Of a DNA stretch of 64,000 bases, positions 17,413 through 28,654 are shown piece by piece. Both the position numbers and the translations under genes were made by a program. The notes below the pieces were generated by a model. It was given only the letters and a program-made list of their open reading frames with translations, searched no databases and had not been told where the DNA came from. Origin of the DNA: Patescibacteria group bacterium. GTDB taxonomy: Bacteria; Patescibacteriota; Minisyncoccia; Phycocordibacterales; UBA9973. How positions within the stretch are numbered: the stretch's first letter is position 1; every line of letters starts with the position of its first letter. Location of the stretch: positions 10,972-74,971 of the forward strand of contig JBBTUY010000001.1 in assembly GCA_038063515.1 (NCBI GenBank), written 5' to 3'.

Positions 17413-18942
17413 TTATTTATGCACGACTGAAAATGATTCTATTACGTCTCCTTCAGCTATTTCTATCTTTGATTCGATCATCATTCCAAATTCTGTTCCA
17501 GTGTTTACTTCACTTGTCTTAACCTTTCCTTTTTCTAGGTTTACTATTTTACCGCGTCCTATTTCAAAGTCTCTGCGTGTTATTTTCACCATAGCATTCA
17601 GGCTGATGCCTCCTTCGAGTACTCTGCCTCCTACTATTTGTCTTTCTTTTGTACGACTAAAAGCTCTTAAGATTTTTGCTTTTCCTATAACCACGTTTGT
17701 CTCCACTCGTGGTCTCCTTGCTTCCATTTCAGTTTCTAGCCATTCAGACATTTTATATATTATTTCAAAGAATGAAATTTTTATACCTCTATTCTCTGCT
17801 ATCTCGACAGCGGTAGCGTCAGCCTTTACATTAAATCCAATTATTATTGTGTCTTCTGCTGTGGTTATAGATTTCATGTCTCTTTCTGTGATGGGTCCCA
17901 CACCTTTTGCAATAATTTTAAATTCTACTGTTTGATCATCTACGCCGTCTATGGATTTTGTTTTTATTTTAGATATTTCTTTTTCTATTGCCTCTAATGA
18001 CCCAGATACATCAGCTTTTACTATCACAGCTATTATTTTCTTGCCTGTTTCTTCGGTATTTTGACTGTTTGTTTCATTTTTATTATCACCTTGCCATTTC
18101 TCCGCATATTCTATGGCGTCCTTTTTATTTTCGAAAGATTTAAATTCTGCACCAACGCGAGGCATTTTATCAAAACCAAAAATTCTAACAGGTGAAGAAA
18201 AGTGAGCTTCATCAACAGGGGAGCCTGTAAAGTTTTCTATCATACGAGTAGAACAAATGCTGTGTTCGGTGACCACTGTCATGCCTTTTTTTAATACACC
18301 TTCTTTTATGAGCATAGTAGCTTGCATTCCACGTTTTGAGTCGAGGTTTGCTTCGAGTATGTAGCCTGATGCATTGCCAGTCTCTATGCCGGCTATGTTT
18401 TCTACTTCTGCAATGAGTAGTATGAGTGAAAGGAGGCTGTCTACTCCAGTGCCTACTTTTGCAGAGATCTCTACGTATGGTATTTTACCCCCATAGTTTT
18501 CTAGATAGATTTCATGCTCTGCGAGCTCCATTTTTGTTTTTTCTACATTTGCGCCTGGTTTATCTATTTTATTTATTGCTACTATGGCAGGGAGCTTCAT
18601 GTCTACGACTGTTTTCCATGCTTCTAGTGTTTGTGGCTTTACCCCATCTTCTGCAGAGACGACGAGTATTGCTATGTCTGCAATCATGGCTCCACGCTCA
18701 CGCATCTTAGAAAAGGCTTCGTGTCCGGGTGTATCTAAAAAGGTGATTTTCTTTTTCTCACCAGTTTCATCTTTGTGTAAAACTTCGTATGCAGAAATCC
18801 TCTGGGTGATGCCTCCAGTCTCACTATCAACTACATTTGATTTTCGTATATAGTCGAGGAGCGTAGATTTACCATGATCGATGTGACCCATAACTACCAC
18901 GACTGGTGGTCTACTTGTAATTGTATTTTCTTTTATATTCAT
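17413..18942 (-). CDS. infB: Translation initiation factor IF-2, short form without the N-terminal extension
   Basis: G-domain [12 protein letters not shown]...DTPGHEAF, then the IF-2 beta-barrel domains; 509 aa. Confidence 0.9.
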   Translation of the reverse strand: MNIKENTITSRPPVVVVMGHIDHGKSTLLDYIRKSNVVDSETGGITQRISAYEVLHKDETGEKKKITFLDTPGHEAFSKMRERGAMIADIAILVVSAEDGVKPQTLEAWKTVVDMKLPAIVAINKIDKPGANVEKTKMELAEHEIYLENYGGKIPYVEISAKVGTGVDSLLSLILLIAEVENIAGIETGNASGYILEANLDSKRGMQATMLIKEGVLKKGMTVVTEHSICSTRMIENFTGSPVDEAHFSSPVRIFGFDKMPRVGAEFKSFENKKDAIEYAEKWQGDNKNETNSQNTEETGKKIIAVIVKADVSGSLEAIEKEISKIKTKSIDGVDDQTVEFKIIAKGVGPITERDMKSITTAEDTIIIGFNVKADATAVEIAENRGIKISFFEIIYKMSEWLETEMEARRPRVETNVVIGKAKILRAFSRTKERQIVGGRVLEGGISLNAMVKITRRDFEIGRGKIVNLEKGKVKTSEVNTGTEFGMMIESKIEIAEGDVIESFSVVHK

Positions 18943-19397
18943 TTTACGTGAGCTTTGTCTAATACTTCTTTTTCTTCTGTGGTAAGTTCGTAATCTGATT
19001 TTCTATTTTTAATTGGCTTGGCAAATACACTCATTCGTTCACGAGCATACAGACTTGAAAGTATAACTCCGTCTCCATCTTCGTTTAGAAGTCCAATTGC
19101 AAAGCTTTGATTGCTACCTTGATCAGAGAATGGATTAAATCTTATGGTTTCAAGTCCGCGAATACTTTTTCGCATTTTTAGATTCATAACACCCATTTCT
19201 TTCTCTATGTCCTCTCTCGCTTTCTTTAATTTCACAATTTCGTTTTCAAGTGCTAGTATATTGTCTTCGAGGTTTTTTCCATTTTTACCCATAAAGAATC
19301 TCTTAAGACGCTTTTCTGTCATAGTTACCCAAAAAGACCCCACAAGGAGAAAAAAACCAAATACAACAAACAAAACTATTTCGAGCTTTATATCCAT
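18939..19397 (-). CDS. Membrane-anchored hypothetical protein (DUF4446-like) occupying the position usually held by nusA
   Basis: N-terminal TM, coiled-coil, ATGA overlap with infB. Confidence 0.35.
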   Translation of the reverse strand: MDIKLEIVLFVVFGFFLLVGSFWVTMTEKRLKRFFMGKNGKNLEDNILALENEIVKLKKAREDIEKEMGVMNLKMRKSIRGLETIRFNPFSDQGSNQSFAIGLLNEDGDGVILSSLYARERMSVFAKPIKNRKSDYELTTEEKEVLDKAHVK

Positions 19398-19421
19398 ACA
19401 TTTTCAATATATACTATTTTC

Positions 19422-20636
19422 ATGAGGAGATCAATGAATAAATTTAATAAAACAAAGAATACAGTTTACCTAGACCATGCTTCTTCGGCTAACTTTGCGT
19501 CTTCAAATCCAAGTGCCATTCACGCACTCGGAGTACAAGAGAAAAATAAATTAGAAAATGTGAGAAAAAAAGTGGCAGACATTTTACATGCACACTCTGA
19601 TGAAGTCGTTTTCACATCAGGTGCTACTGAGAGCAATAACTTAGCTATCTTGGGACTTGTTTCTGATTTTAATAAACCACATATTGTTACTACAAACATA
19701 GAACATGCATCTGTATTAGAACTTTGTAAACATTTAGAAGAAACAAAGAGAGCAACAGTGACGTATGTCGAAGTGGGTAACGACGGAATAGTTGATCCAA
19801 AGAAAATAAAAAAAGCTATAAAAGAAAATACAGTACTTGTGTCTGTGATGTATGCAAATAATGAAATAGGTACAATACAACCGATACAAGAAATTGCAAA
19901 AGAGATTCGACACTATAATAAAAGAAACAGGAAAATGAAGTTTTTGGAATGGTCTTCTGATTTTTTCCGAGGACCTGAGAAAAATTTGCATTTTCCTGTT
20001 TCTTTTCATACCGACGCTACACAAGCTGTAAATTATTTATCTATAAATGTTGCCAAGCTCGGTGTAGACTTGATGTCTTTTAATGGCGCAAAAATTTATG
20101 GCCCAAAAGGTGTTGGAGTTTTGTATGTAAAGAAAAATACACCTATTAAGAAAATAATGTTTGGCGGAGACCAAGAGCACGGATTGCGCCCAGGCACAGA
20201 AAATGTTTCAGGTATTACAGAGCTTGCATTTGCTTTAGAGCACACAGAAAAGATTAAGGAAAGGGAAGTCGCGCGTCTCTCTAAGCTCCGTGAATATTTT
20301 ATAAATAAATTATCAAATATTTCACACGCTCACGAAATAAATGGTGATCTGGTAAATAGATTACCAAACAACATAAACATTACCTTCCCAAATATCCCAA
20401 GTGATCTTCTTGTCATAGAATTATCAGCACACGGAATAATGTCTTCTGCGAAGAGTGCGTGTAAATCAGGCGACGGCAAAGCATCACATGTAATACAAGC
20501 AATAAATAAAAATATTAAAGATACAGACGGATCATTGCGTTTTTCTCTCGGTAGAGATACTGCAAAACATGATATCGACTACACTATTACAGTTTTAAAA
20601 AATGTTTTGCAAAAATTAGAAAAATGGTATAATTAA
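19422..20636 (+). CDS. Cysteine desulfurase (class V aminotransferase, IscS/NifS-like)
   Basis: PLP-lysine region SFNGAKIYGPKGVGVLY, HASVLE, GATESNN. Confidence 0.8.
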   Translation: MRRSMNKFNKTKNTVYLDHASSANFASSNPSAIHALGVQEKNKLENVRKKVADILHAHSDEVVFTSGATESNNLAILGLVSDFNKPHIVTTNIEHASVLELCKHLEETKRATVTYVEVGNDGIVDPKKIKKAIKENTVLVSVMYANNEIGTIQPIQEIAKEIRHYNKRNRKMKFLEWSSDFFRGPEKNLHFPVSFHTDATQAVNYLSINVAKLGVDLMSFNGAKIYGPKGVGVLYVKKNTPIKKIMFGGDQEHGLRPGTENVSGITELAFALEHTEKIKEREVARLSKLREYFINKLSNISHAHEINGDLVNRLPNNINITFPNIPSDLLVIELSAHGIMSSAKSACKSGDGKASHVIQAINKNIKDTDGSLRFSLGRDTAKHDIDYTITVLKNVLQKLEKWYN

Positions 20637-20639
20637 ATT

Positions 20640-21170
20640 ATGGATGTAAAAGATTTAAACAAATCACAGCTTATACTTCTTGCGATACTACTTTCTTTCG
20701 TTACGTCTATAGCTACTGGTATCACCACTGTGACATTGCTCCAGCAAGCACCTACGTCTGTGAGCATTCCTATCACTCGTGTTGTTCGTGAGACAGTAGA
20801 GAAGATAGTCCCGACTGTTGTCACCCCCACTGTAAATACTCCAGCACTATCTGATGAACAAAAGAAGCTTTTAGAAGAGTTAAAAGCTATTAAGCCACTC
20901 ACTGTCACTCTAGTTTTAAAAGGAGACAAAGAGGATAAAGTTTTAGGCACAGGATTATTTTTAGGGGATAACAAAGTTGTGATAGCATCCTTAATATCAG
21001 GACCAAAAGAAGGTGAAGTGTATCTCGTACGATCTGTCCTAGGAGAGCAAAAAGTTTCTAAAGTAACACAAGAAAAAGATTTTACAATCATTGAGTTAGT
21101 TAAAACCGAAGTTACACCTCCTCCATCTGTCCCTACTCCAAAAGAAGGAGAGCCTGAAATAAAACAATAA
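20640..21170 (+). CDS. Membrane-anchored Pro/Thr/Val-rich hypothetical protein
   Basis: Single N-terminal TM helix and a low-complexity ectodomain. Confidence 0.3.
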   Translation: MDVKDLNKSQLILLAILLSFVTSIATGITTVTLLQQAPTSVSIPITRVVRETVEKIVPTVVTPTVNTPALSDEQKKLLEELKAIKPLTVTLVLKGDKEDKVLGTGLFLGDNKVVIASLISGPKEGEVYLVRSVLGEQKVSKVTQEKDFTIIELVKTEVTPPPSVPTPKEGEPEIKQ

Positions 21171-21289
21171 TCTGCACATCATATTCATATATAGAAAGTT
21201 CTCATGTGTTGACACAAAAGTGTATTATGAGATTATAGACCATATATTTTTGAGAACCTTAAAATATCGTTATAAATAAATAAAATATA

Positions 21290-24007
21290 ATGCCACCATT
21301 ACATAAATTTACAACTAAAGCTAAAGATGCAATAAAAAAGGCTCACGAGCTTGCCATAGAGCGTGGTGTTAACCACGTGTCATCTTTGCATTTACTAGGA
21401 GCACTGCTTTTAGCAGAGGAGTCTATGGTAAATTCTATTTTAGATAAATTAGACATAGACACGATGCTTTTGACGGATTCTGTTTTAGAGTTGATAGAGC
21501 TACCAGAGGCACATTCGACTTTGTCACCTGCGTATCAGATTTATTTAAATCCAGATCTTGCACAAGTTATAGAACACTCAGCCAAGCTTGCAGAATACAT
21601 GAAGGATGATTTTGTTTCGACAGAGCATTTGTTCATAGCCATTTTAGAAGTTACAAGTGAAGCTCGCGAGACACTGGCTCGTTTTAGGATTGGGAAAGAT
21701 CAGGTTTTGAAAGTCCTCGAAGAGCTTCGCAGTCAAAACATCACAGATGTAAATGAACCAAAGAAATTTAAATTAATTTTAAAATATACAAGGAATCTCA
21801 CAAAATTAGCAAAAGAAGACAAGCTCGATCCTGTCATTGGTCGTGATAGTGAGATTACACGCATCATGCAGATACTTTCTCGAAGGACAAAAAACAATCC
21901 GATACTGATTGGTGAAGCTGGCACAGGTAAGACAGCAGTGGTGGAAGGGCTTGCAGAACGTATAGTAAAAGGTAATGTTCCAGAATCACTAAAAGATAAA
22001 GAGCTTGTATCTCTCGACTTAGGTATGCTTGTCGCCGGTACAAAATACAGAGGCGAATTTGAAGAAAGACTGAAAGGCATAATGAAAGAAATAGAAAGAT
22101 CAGATAATAAAATTATTCTTTTTATTGATGAGATCCACACAATAGTCGGAGCTGGTGGGGCAGAAGGTACTATGGATGCTTCAAATATGCTAAAACCCGC
22201 ACTTTCACGCGGTGAGCTACGTGCGATAGGTGCAACTACTTTAAAAGAATATCAAAAGCACATAGAGAAAGATCCTGCACTCGCTCGTCGTTTCCAGCCT
22301 GTTTACATAGATGAGCCTAGCATCGAAGATGCAGTTACAATACTACGCGGACTTAAAGAAAAGTACGAGCTATTTCACGGTGTGAGGATTACTGATGATG
22401 CGATAATCTCCGCAGTAAATCTTTCTGCTAGATACATCACAAATAGATTTCTTCCAGATAAAGCAGTGGACTTAATAGACGAAGCTTCTTCTTCACTTAA
22501 AATAATGCTTGAGAACAAGCCTGCTGTTTTAGAAGATGCACATAGAAAAATAATGCGTTTTGAAATAGAGAAAGAAGCCCTGAAAAAAGAGCTCTCTGTT
22601 TTAGCTGGAGAAAAAGGTAAAGAAGAGAAAGAAAAAGACAAAGAAATACGAAATAGAATAAAAGAAGTGGATCGTGAAATAGGAAATCTGTATGAAAAGA
22701 CAAAAGAACTCGAGTTAAAATGGACAAATGAAAAGGCTATCGTCACCGAAATCAGAACTATAAAAAAAGAATTAGAGACTATTCGTCTCGAGGCTGAAGA
22801 TGCAGAGATGAAATCAGATCTTTCTCGTGCAGCCGAGATACGCTACGGGAAAATCCCTTCTCTTAAAAAAGATTTAGAAGTAAAACTCACAAGACTTAAG
22901 AAATTACAGAAATCTCGCCGAATATTAAAAGAAGAAATTACAGCGGAAGATATTGCAGAAGTTGTTTCTCGTTGGACAGGTATTCCTCTTACAAAGATGC
23001 TTGAAGAAGAGCGTGTAAAGTTAGAGAAAATGGAGCTTGAATTAAATAAAAGAGTTGTCGGACAGACTGAAGCCATATCTCGTGTGGCAAATGTTATCAG
23101 ACGTTCTCGTGCTGACATAGGAGATCCCAATAGACCCATAGGCTCATTTATGTTCCTAGGTCCTACTGGTGTCGGTAAGACAGAGCTTACAAAGACTCTC
23201 GGGCAATTTATGTTTAATGACGAGCGAGCAATTATCAGGGTGGACATGTCAGAATACATGGAAAGACATTCTGTATCAAAACTCATTGGTTCACCTCCTG
23301 GATACATAGGATATGATGAGGCAGGACAGCTGACCGAGTCTGTACGACACAGACCGTACTCTGTTGTTTTATTTGATGAGATTGAAAAGGCACATCCTGA
23401 AGTTTTCAATATGCTTTTGCAAGTTATTGACGAGGGAAGACTTACGGATGGAAAAGGAAGAATGGTTAATTTTAAAAATACAATTATCATTCTTACCTCC
23501 AACCTAGGATCACAGTTTGTAGAGAAGATGGAGTCTATCGGTTTCTCTAATAACTCTAAAAAGGATGACTATACCAACATGAAAGAAAAGGTTATGGAAA
23601 CCTTAAAAGATAGTTTCCGTCCAGAATTTTTAAACCGTCTTGATGAGATTATAGTATTCGATATTCTTACACCCGAGTCTATTCGTGAGATTGTAAACCT
23701 CAGGATTAAAGTTGTGCAACATCGTTTATTTGCAAAGGGTATTACCTTATCTCTCGATGATGACGCTATCTCTTATTTGGTAAAAGAAGGATACGATCCA
23801 CATTATGGCGCACGACCTTTGAACCGCTTAATTCAAAATAAAATATTAAACCCTGTTGCTTCATATATAATAAGCAATCAAGTAAAGAAAGGGGACAGTG
23901 TCTTTGTAAGTGCTAAAAATAACGAGCTTGTTATTGAAAACAGAAAACCTGCTAAAACTGGTAAAATAAAAAGCACCATTCACACTAGCTCTCGCTCTAA
24001 AGTTTAA
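21290..24007 (+). CDS. clpB: ATP-dependent chaperone ClpB
   Basis: Clp N-domain repeats, two AAA+ modules (GEAGTGKT; [10 protein letters not shown]) and a long coiled-coil middle domain. Confidence 0.9.
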   Translation: MPPLHKFTTKAKDAIKKAHELAIERGVNHVSSLHLLGALLLAEESMVNSILDKLDIDTMLLTDSVLELIELPEAHSTLSPAYQIYLNPDLAQVIEHSAKLAEYMKDDFVSTEHLFIAILEVTSEARETLARFRIGKDQVLKVLEELRSQNITDVNEPKKFKLILKYTRNLTKLAKEDKLDPVIGRDSEITRIMQILSRRTKNNPILIGEAGTGKTAVVEGLAERIVKGNVPESLKDKELVSLDLGMLVAGTKYRGEFEERLKGIMKEIERSDNKIILFIDEIHTIVGAGGAEGTMDASNMLKPALSRGELRAIGATTLKEYQKHIEKDPALARRFQPVYIDEPSIEDAVTILRGLKEKYELFHGVRITDDAIISAVNLSARYITNRFLPDKAVDLIDEASSSLKIMLENKPAVLEDAHRKIMRFEIEKEALKKELSVLAGEKGKEEKEKDKEIRNRIKEVDREIGNLYEKTKELELKWTNEKAIVTEIRTIKKELETIRLEAEDAEMKSDLSRAAEIRYGKIPSLKKDLEVKLTRLKKLQKSRRILKEEITAEDIAEVVSRWTGIPLTKMLEEERVKLEKMELELNKRVVGQTEAISRVANVIRRSRADIGDPNRPIGSFMFLGPTGVGKTELTKTLGQFMFNDERAIIRVDMSEYMERHSVSKLIGSPPGYIGYDEAGQLTESVRHRPYSVVLFDEIEKAHPEVFNMLLQVIDEGRLTDGKGRMVNFKNTIIILTSNLGSQFVEKMESIGFSNNSKKDDYTNMKEKVMETLKDSFRPEFLNRLDEIIVFDILTPESIREIVNLRIKVVQHRLFAKGITLSLDDDAISYLVKEGYDPHYGARPLNRLIQNKILNPVASYIISNQVKKGDSVFVSAKNNELVIENRKPAKTGKIKSTIHTSSRSKV

Positions 24008-24075
24008 AATTTTAAATTTGTAAAAATACATAAAAAAGTGTATAGTTTTTTGTATGCATATATCTGTGCATACAT

Positions 24076-24159
24076 GCGTCGGTGGTAGAGTGGTCAAATA
24101 CAACAGACTGTAAATCTGTCGGCCTTAGGCCTACGAAGGTTCGAATCCTTCCCGACGCA
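24076..24159 (+). tRNA. tRNA-Tyr (anticodon GTA)
   Basis: GCGTCGG acceptor stem, CTGTAAA anticodon loop, long variable arm, GGTTCGAATCC T-arm. Confidence 0.8.
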
Positions 24160-24165
24160 CAATAT

Positions 24166-24196
24166 AAAAACCCTAAGCTTTTGCTTTAGGGTTTTT
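24166..24196 (+). terminator. Rho-independent terminator CCCTAAGC-TTTTG-CTTAGGG plus T5
   Basis: Perfect 8-bp stem with a U-run. Confidence 0.7.
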
Positions 24197-24342
24197 ATAT
24201 ATATGTGCTCGAGAGGAAGAGTGCTTGCACAAGACTGACCCTTTTTTTATTTGTTATTTTCCGAGAAGTATGTTACAATTATAGGGTGTTAAAAGAGCCT
24301 CCGGGCTTTTTTTCTTTATTATTTACTTAAATTCTTAAAATT

Positions 24343-26145
24343 ATGGAAATTCGAAACATAGCTATTATCGCTCACGTGGACCATGGAAAGACAACTCTTA
24401 CAGATGCTTTAATGAAGCAAAATGGTGGTCTACAAGATGAAGGACTGTCCATGGACTCAAATGCTCTAGAAAAAGAGCGTGGTATTACTATTTATTCTAA
24501 AAATACATCTATCACGTACAAGGGTACGAAGATAAACATAGTAGATACTCCAGGTCACGCTGACTTCGGATCTGAAGTAGAGCGTGTGCTTCGTGCTATT
24601 GATTGCGTGCTTCTTTTAGTTGACGCTGTCGAAGGTCCTATGCCTCAGACGAGATTTGTTTTGAAAAAATCACTCGAGCTTGGTTTAAAACCAATAGTTG
24701 TTATAAATAAAATAGACAAGCCCGCATCTGACCCACACAGAGTACACGAAGAAGTTTTAGAATTATTCTTTGAATTAGGTGCTAGCGAAGAGCAGGCAGA
24801 TTTTGAAACCATATACGCAATAGGACGTGAAGGAAAAGCATTTAAAAATCTAGGTGATGAGTCTTCAGATTTATCTCCTCTGGTTGATTTAATTTTAGAA
24901 AAAGTTCCTCCAGCTTCTGTAAAGGAAGGAGAGAAAATGGCCGCACAAGTTTTCAACTTGGGTTACGACAATTTCTTAGGAAGAATGGCTGTATGCAGAA
25001 TATACAGTGGTAAGATTGTCTCTGGTAGTACTGTTTTCGTAAAAGGTGAAAATGGAACTCGTAAAGGAAAGATAACTAAACTTTTTTCCTTCGAAGGTAT
25101 TGCAAGAAAAGACATAGACAATGCGACTTCTGGAGACATAGTTTTACTCTCAGGTATTCCAGACATCTACATAGGAGAAACTTTATGTGAAGATGAAACA
25201 GTAGACCCGCTTCCACACATAGCCATAGATGAGCCGACTTTGTCTCTTAACTTTTTAGTTAACGACTCTCCATTTGCAGGAACAGAAGGAAAGTTTGTGA
25301 CATCTCGTCAGATAAAAGAAAGACTAGAAAAAGAGCTTGAAATAAACGTCGGACTAAAAGTTGATTTTGCTCCAGATCAAGGTGACAACAAAGGTGGCCC
25401 TAGCTTTTTCAAAGTCTACGGACGAGGTGAGCTTCACATAGCTATTCTTTTAGAAAACATGCGCCGTGAAGGATTTGAAATGCAGGTATCACAGCCAGAG
25501 GTTATTGTGAAAGAGGAAAATGGAATGAAGACAGAGCCATACGAAGAACTCGTAATAGATGTTCCTATGGAATTCTCTGGAAGTGTTATAGAGAAGATTG
25601 GCAAGAGACGTGGAATCATGAAAGACATGGTAGAGAAAATGAATATTGCCAGAATAACCTTTGACATACCTACTCGTGGACTACTTGGTTATAGAGGAGA
25701 GTTTATAATTGATACAAAAGGTGAGGGGATCATGAGCTCTCGTGTTACAGGATTTAGAGAGTATGCAGGTGAGATAAAAAAGCGTTCTTATGGCTCTATG
25801 ATTTCCATGGTGGCAGGTAAAGCAGTTGCCTTTTCCTTGGCAAACTTGCAAGAACGTGGTATACTATATATAGAACATGGTAGTGCTGTATACGAAGGAA
25901 TGGTTGTCGGTAATGTTCTCAAAGGTGAGGACATGTCAGTAAACCCTACTAAAGGAAAACAGCTTACAAACATGCGTGCATCTGGTACAGATGAGGCCAT
26001 AACTTTAAATCCGGTGTTTATTTTGAGTATAGAACGTGGTCTTGAGGTTATGAACGGAGACGAATACTTAGAGGTTACCCCTCAGTCTGTGAGACTTAGA
26101 AAAAGATACTTAACAGAAGTTGATAGGAAGAAATTAGGTAAATAA
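24343..26145 (+). CDS. typA: Translational GTPase TypA/BipA
   Basis: IRNIAIIAHVDHGKTTL G-domain; 600 aa; BipA-type C-terminal domain. Confidence 0.9.
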   Translation: MEIRNIAIIAHVDHGKTTLTDALMKQNGGLQDEGLSMDSNALEKERGITIYSKNTSITYKGTKINIVDTPGHADFGSEVERVLRAIDCVLLLVDAVEGPMPQTRFVLKKSLELGLKPIVVINKIDKPASDPHRVHEEVLELFFELGASEEQADFETIYAIGREGKAFKNLGDESSDLSPLVDLILEKVPPASVKEGEKMAAQVFNLGYDNFLGRMAVCRIYSGKIVSGSTVFVKGENGTRKGKITKLFSFEGIARKDIDNATSGDIVLLSGIPDIYIGETLCEDETVDPLPHIAIDEPTLSLNFLVNDSPFAGTEGKFVTSRQIKERLEKELEINVGLKVDFAPDQGDNKGGPSFFKVYGRGELHIAILLENMRREGFEMQVSQPEVIVKEENGMKTEPYEELVIDVPMEFSGSVIEKIGKRRGIMKDMVEKMNIARITFDIPTRGLLGYRGEFIIDTKGEGIMSSRVTGFREYAGEIKKRSYGSMISMVAGKAVAFSLANLQERGILYIEHGSAVYEGMVVGNVLKGEDMSVNPTKGKQLTNMRASGTDEAITLNPVFILSIERGLEVMNGDEYLEVTPQSVRLRKRYLTEVDRKKLGK

Positions 26146-26148
26146 AAC

Positions 26149-27180
26149 ATGTCTATAACAATATCTTTTAAACCAAAAAAAGTTACTAAAAAAATAACAT
26201 CAGAACTCGCATCTCGCGCTTCTGATGTTATTGTCAATCGTTTCGGATTAACTCTTGACGGTAAAAGAAAAACTCTCGAAGAGATAGGAAAGAAATACAA
26301 CATCACCAGAGAAAGAGTTCGCCAGATTGAAGAAGTAGCAATAGCTTCTATAAAAAAGTCTGGTGCGTACCACACAGAGCAAGCTATTTTCGAAGAGTTG
26401 AAGCAACTTATGCACAAGCTAGGATCAGTCGTAGCGGAGCATGAGCTTCTTCCTTATATTTCTAAAGATAAAATAACTCAGAATCATATTCATTTCTTGC
26501 TTACACTAAGTGATTCTTTTAAAAAGCATCGTGAAGATCAGCATTTTCATTCACGTTTTAGTGTGGATGATGAGATGGCATTACGTGTGCATGAAGCACT
26601 ACGTAAGTTGTATTCGAGTTTAAGTGACGAAGACCTGGTTACAGAAACTGAAATAATAAAAAAGTTTTTTGATCACCTTAAAGAGGTTGCAGAGGAATAC
26701 AGAGATGATGAGATAGTAAAGAGGTGGCTTTCTATGTCTAAGACTATTGCTAAGAATCCGCTTGGTGAGTGGGGTAAAGCTTCTTCTCCAAATATAAAGA
26801 TTCGCGGAGTTAAAGATTACGCTTTTCTTGTCATGAGAAGTCATGGTTCTCCTATGCATTTTCGTGAAGTTGCAGACTCTATATCTAAGACTTTTAGTAA
26901 AAAGATACACTACGCTACATGTCACAATGAATTAATCAAAGATCCACGATTTGTTTTAGTAGGTCGCGGTATATACTCGCTTGCTGAGTGGGGATACAAG
27001 TCTGGTACCGCTCGCGAAGTTATGATAGATATATTAAAAAAAGAAGGACCACTCTCACGAGAAGATATAATTTCCAAAGTTAATAAAGAGAGATACTTTA
27101 AGAAAAATACTATTTTAGTAAACCTTGTAAACTCTAAGTTTTTCAAGAAAAACAAAGAAGGACTCTATATTCTAGCTTAA
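26149..27180 (+). CDS. Putative transcription factor: N-terminal sigma-70 region-4-like HTH, C-terminal HARE-HTH-like domain
   Basis: KRKTLEEIGKKYNITRERVRQIEEVAI (sigma region 4.2 signature); C-terminal GRGIYSLAEWGY (HARE-HTH/RpoE-delta-like). Confidence 0.4.
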   Translation: MSITISFKPKKVTKKITSELASRASDVIVNRFGLTLDGKRKTLEEIGKKYNITRERVRQIEEVAIASIKKSGAYHTEQAIFEELKQLMHKLGSVVAEHELLPYISKDKITQNHIHFLLTLSDSFKKHREDQHFHSRFSVDDEMALRVHEALRKLYSSLSDEDLVTETEIIKKFFDHLKEVAEEYRDDEIVKRWLSMSKTIAKNPLGEWGKASSPNIKIRGVKDYAFLVMRSHGSPMHFREVADSISKTFSKKIHYATCHNELIKDPRFVLVGRGIYSLAEWGYKSGTAREVMIDILKKEGPLSREDIISKVNKERYFKKNTILVNLVNSKFFKKNKEGLYILA

Positions 27181-27250
27181 ATAAAGTTACATTTTCTTTA
27201 TAATGCATTTTTTCATTTCTTTTTTATCGTTTATGTATTATTATTAGTAC

Positions 27251-28651
27251 ATGACTGAGTTTGGAGATAATCTCGAACACATTATAGCAAATTATTGGCA
27301 CTACATTTTAGCTTTAATAGCTATATTTTTTCTTTGGTACTACGATTTGCTTCGTGGAGCTATAGAAGCAGCACTAGCCCTTGCCGGAGTTATTATACTT
27401 GGACGTATGGCTTGGAAGGTATGGGTGCATTATGTTCAGCAGGATTTTATCTCAGGTATCGATTATGTTTTACTTGAGATCATCCCTCCACGAGAAGTTT
27501 TAAGAAATCCTAAAGCAATGGAGCTTTTTTTTAGTAATGCACTCTATCACTGGAGTTTAAAAGGAGGAAAAGAGGAATACTGGCAGGGTGCAGTGTGGTT
27601 TTGGTTTTCTCTTGAGATCGCATCCATTGACGGACAAGTGCATTTTTATGTACGTACACCCACTCGTATACGAGGGCTCATAGAGACACAGATGTACGCT
27701 CAGTATCCTCAAGCACAAGTAAAGGAAGTGGAAGACTATACTATGGCTGTGGATAAAATAAGCCCTGATAGTAAATGGATGGGTTGGGGTTGTGAATTTA
27801 AATTAAAGAAAAATGAAGCATATCCTATTAAAACTTATGTGGATTTCGGTCTTGATAAGGATCCTAAAGAAGAGTATAAGGTTGACCCTATTTCACCTCT
27901 TATAGAGCTTTTTGGTTCACTTAAAAAGGGTGAGCAAATGTGGGTGCAGATAGTCGTAACGCCTTCTAAAAAAGCTTACAAAACTAAAGGGACATTGTTT
28001 GGATCTCATGACTGGGTACAAGAGGCGCAAGATGAAGTTTTAAGATTTCTTGCTCCATACACAAGCCATAAGGAGGTTAAGGAAATAGGTGATTATGGAA
28101 TAGGTAGGAGTCGTATTGAAACTCGTGTGCCGCCATTTTTAGATAGAGCAGTAAAAGCCATGGGTGCAAAGACTACAAAGCTTGGTTTCGACACCGGTAT
28201 ACGTGCATATTATGTAGCTCCTAAAGAAATATACGACATGAGTAGTAGGAGAAACATCCGTCTCATCTTCCGTCAGTATGATGCTCCTGATAGTAATGGA
28301 CTTATCCGTACAAATCCTACTCAGGCTGATGCGCTCGGTCGTTTCGGTGTTTTTTCTCTTTCCGCTGAGCAGGTCATGGTATTAGCAGACAGGATGCTCA
28401 ATGAGTACAGAGAAAGACAGTTTTTTCATCCACCACTTCGTCATCAAATTTTAAATAACCATAATATAAAATGGCCTTTTAATATTTTTGTACATCCATT
28501 TTTCTTACCATATCTTCATGGTAGTACTTTTGTTTTAAATACTGAAGAGCTTGCGACACTCTGGCATTTCCCTGGTCAGATACTCAAAGTTCCTACACTC
28601 GAACGTATCGAATCTAAAGAAGCTTCTCCTCCTACTAACTTACCGACTTAA
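27251..28651 (+). CDS. Large membrane-anchored hypothetical protein
   Basis: One or two N-terminal TM helices; no recognisable catalytic motif. Confidence 0.35.
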   Translation: MTEFGDNLEHIIANYWHYILALIAIFFLWYYDLLRGAIEAALALAGVIILGRMAWKVWVHYVQQDFISGIDYVLLEIIPPREVLRNPKAMELFFSNALYHWSLKGGKEEYWQGAVWFWFSLEIASIDGQVHFYVRTPTRIRGLIETQMYAQYPQAQVKEVEDYTMAVDKISPDSKWMGWGCEFKLKKNEAYPIKTYVDFGLDKDPKEEYKVDPISPLIELFGSLKKGEQMWVQIVVTPSKKAYKTKGTLFGSHDWVQEAQDEVLRFLAPYTSHKEVKEIGDYGIGRSRIETRVPPFLDRAVKAMGAKTTKLGFDTGIRAYYVAPKEIYDMSSRRNIRLIFRQYDAPDSNGLIRTNPTQADALGRFGVFSLSAEQVMVLADRMLNEYRERQFFHPPLRHQILNNHNIKWPFNIFVHPFFLPYLHGSTFVLNTEELATLWHFPGQILKVPTLERIESKEASPPTNLPT

Positions 28652-28654
28652 TAT

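Noticed and set aside
17207-17935. 242-aa + strand ORF
   Set aside because: Lies antisense entirely within rbfA and infB, which have strong homology signals. Low-complexity, Ser/Phe-rich translation typical of shadow ORFs.
22843-23502. 219-aa minus-strand ORF
   Set aside because: Antisense shadow of clpB.
24290-24313. Hairpin AAGAGCC-TCC-GGCTTTT upstream of typA as a terminator or attenuator
   Set aside because: Short stem with a G-U pair, and the previous terminator lies only about 100 nt upstream. Could equally be a 5'-UTR element. Insufficient support.
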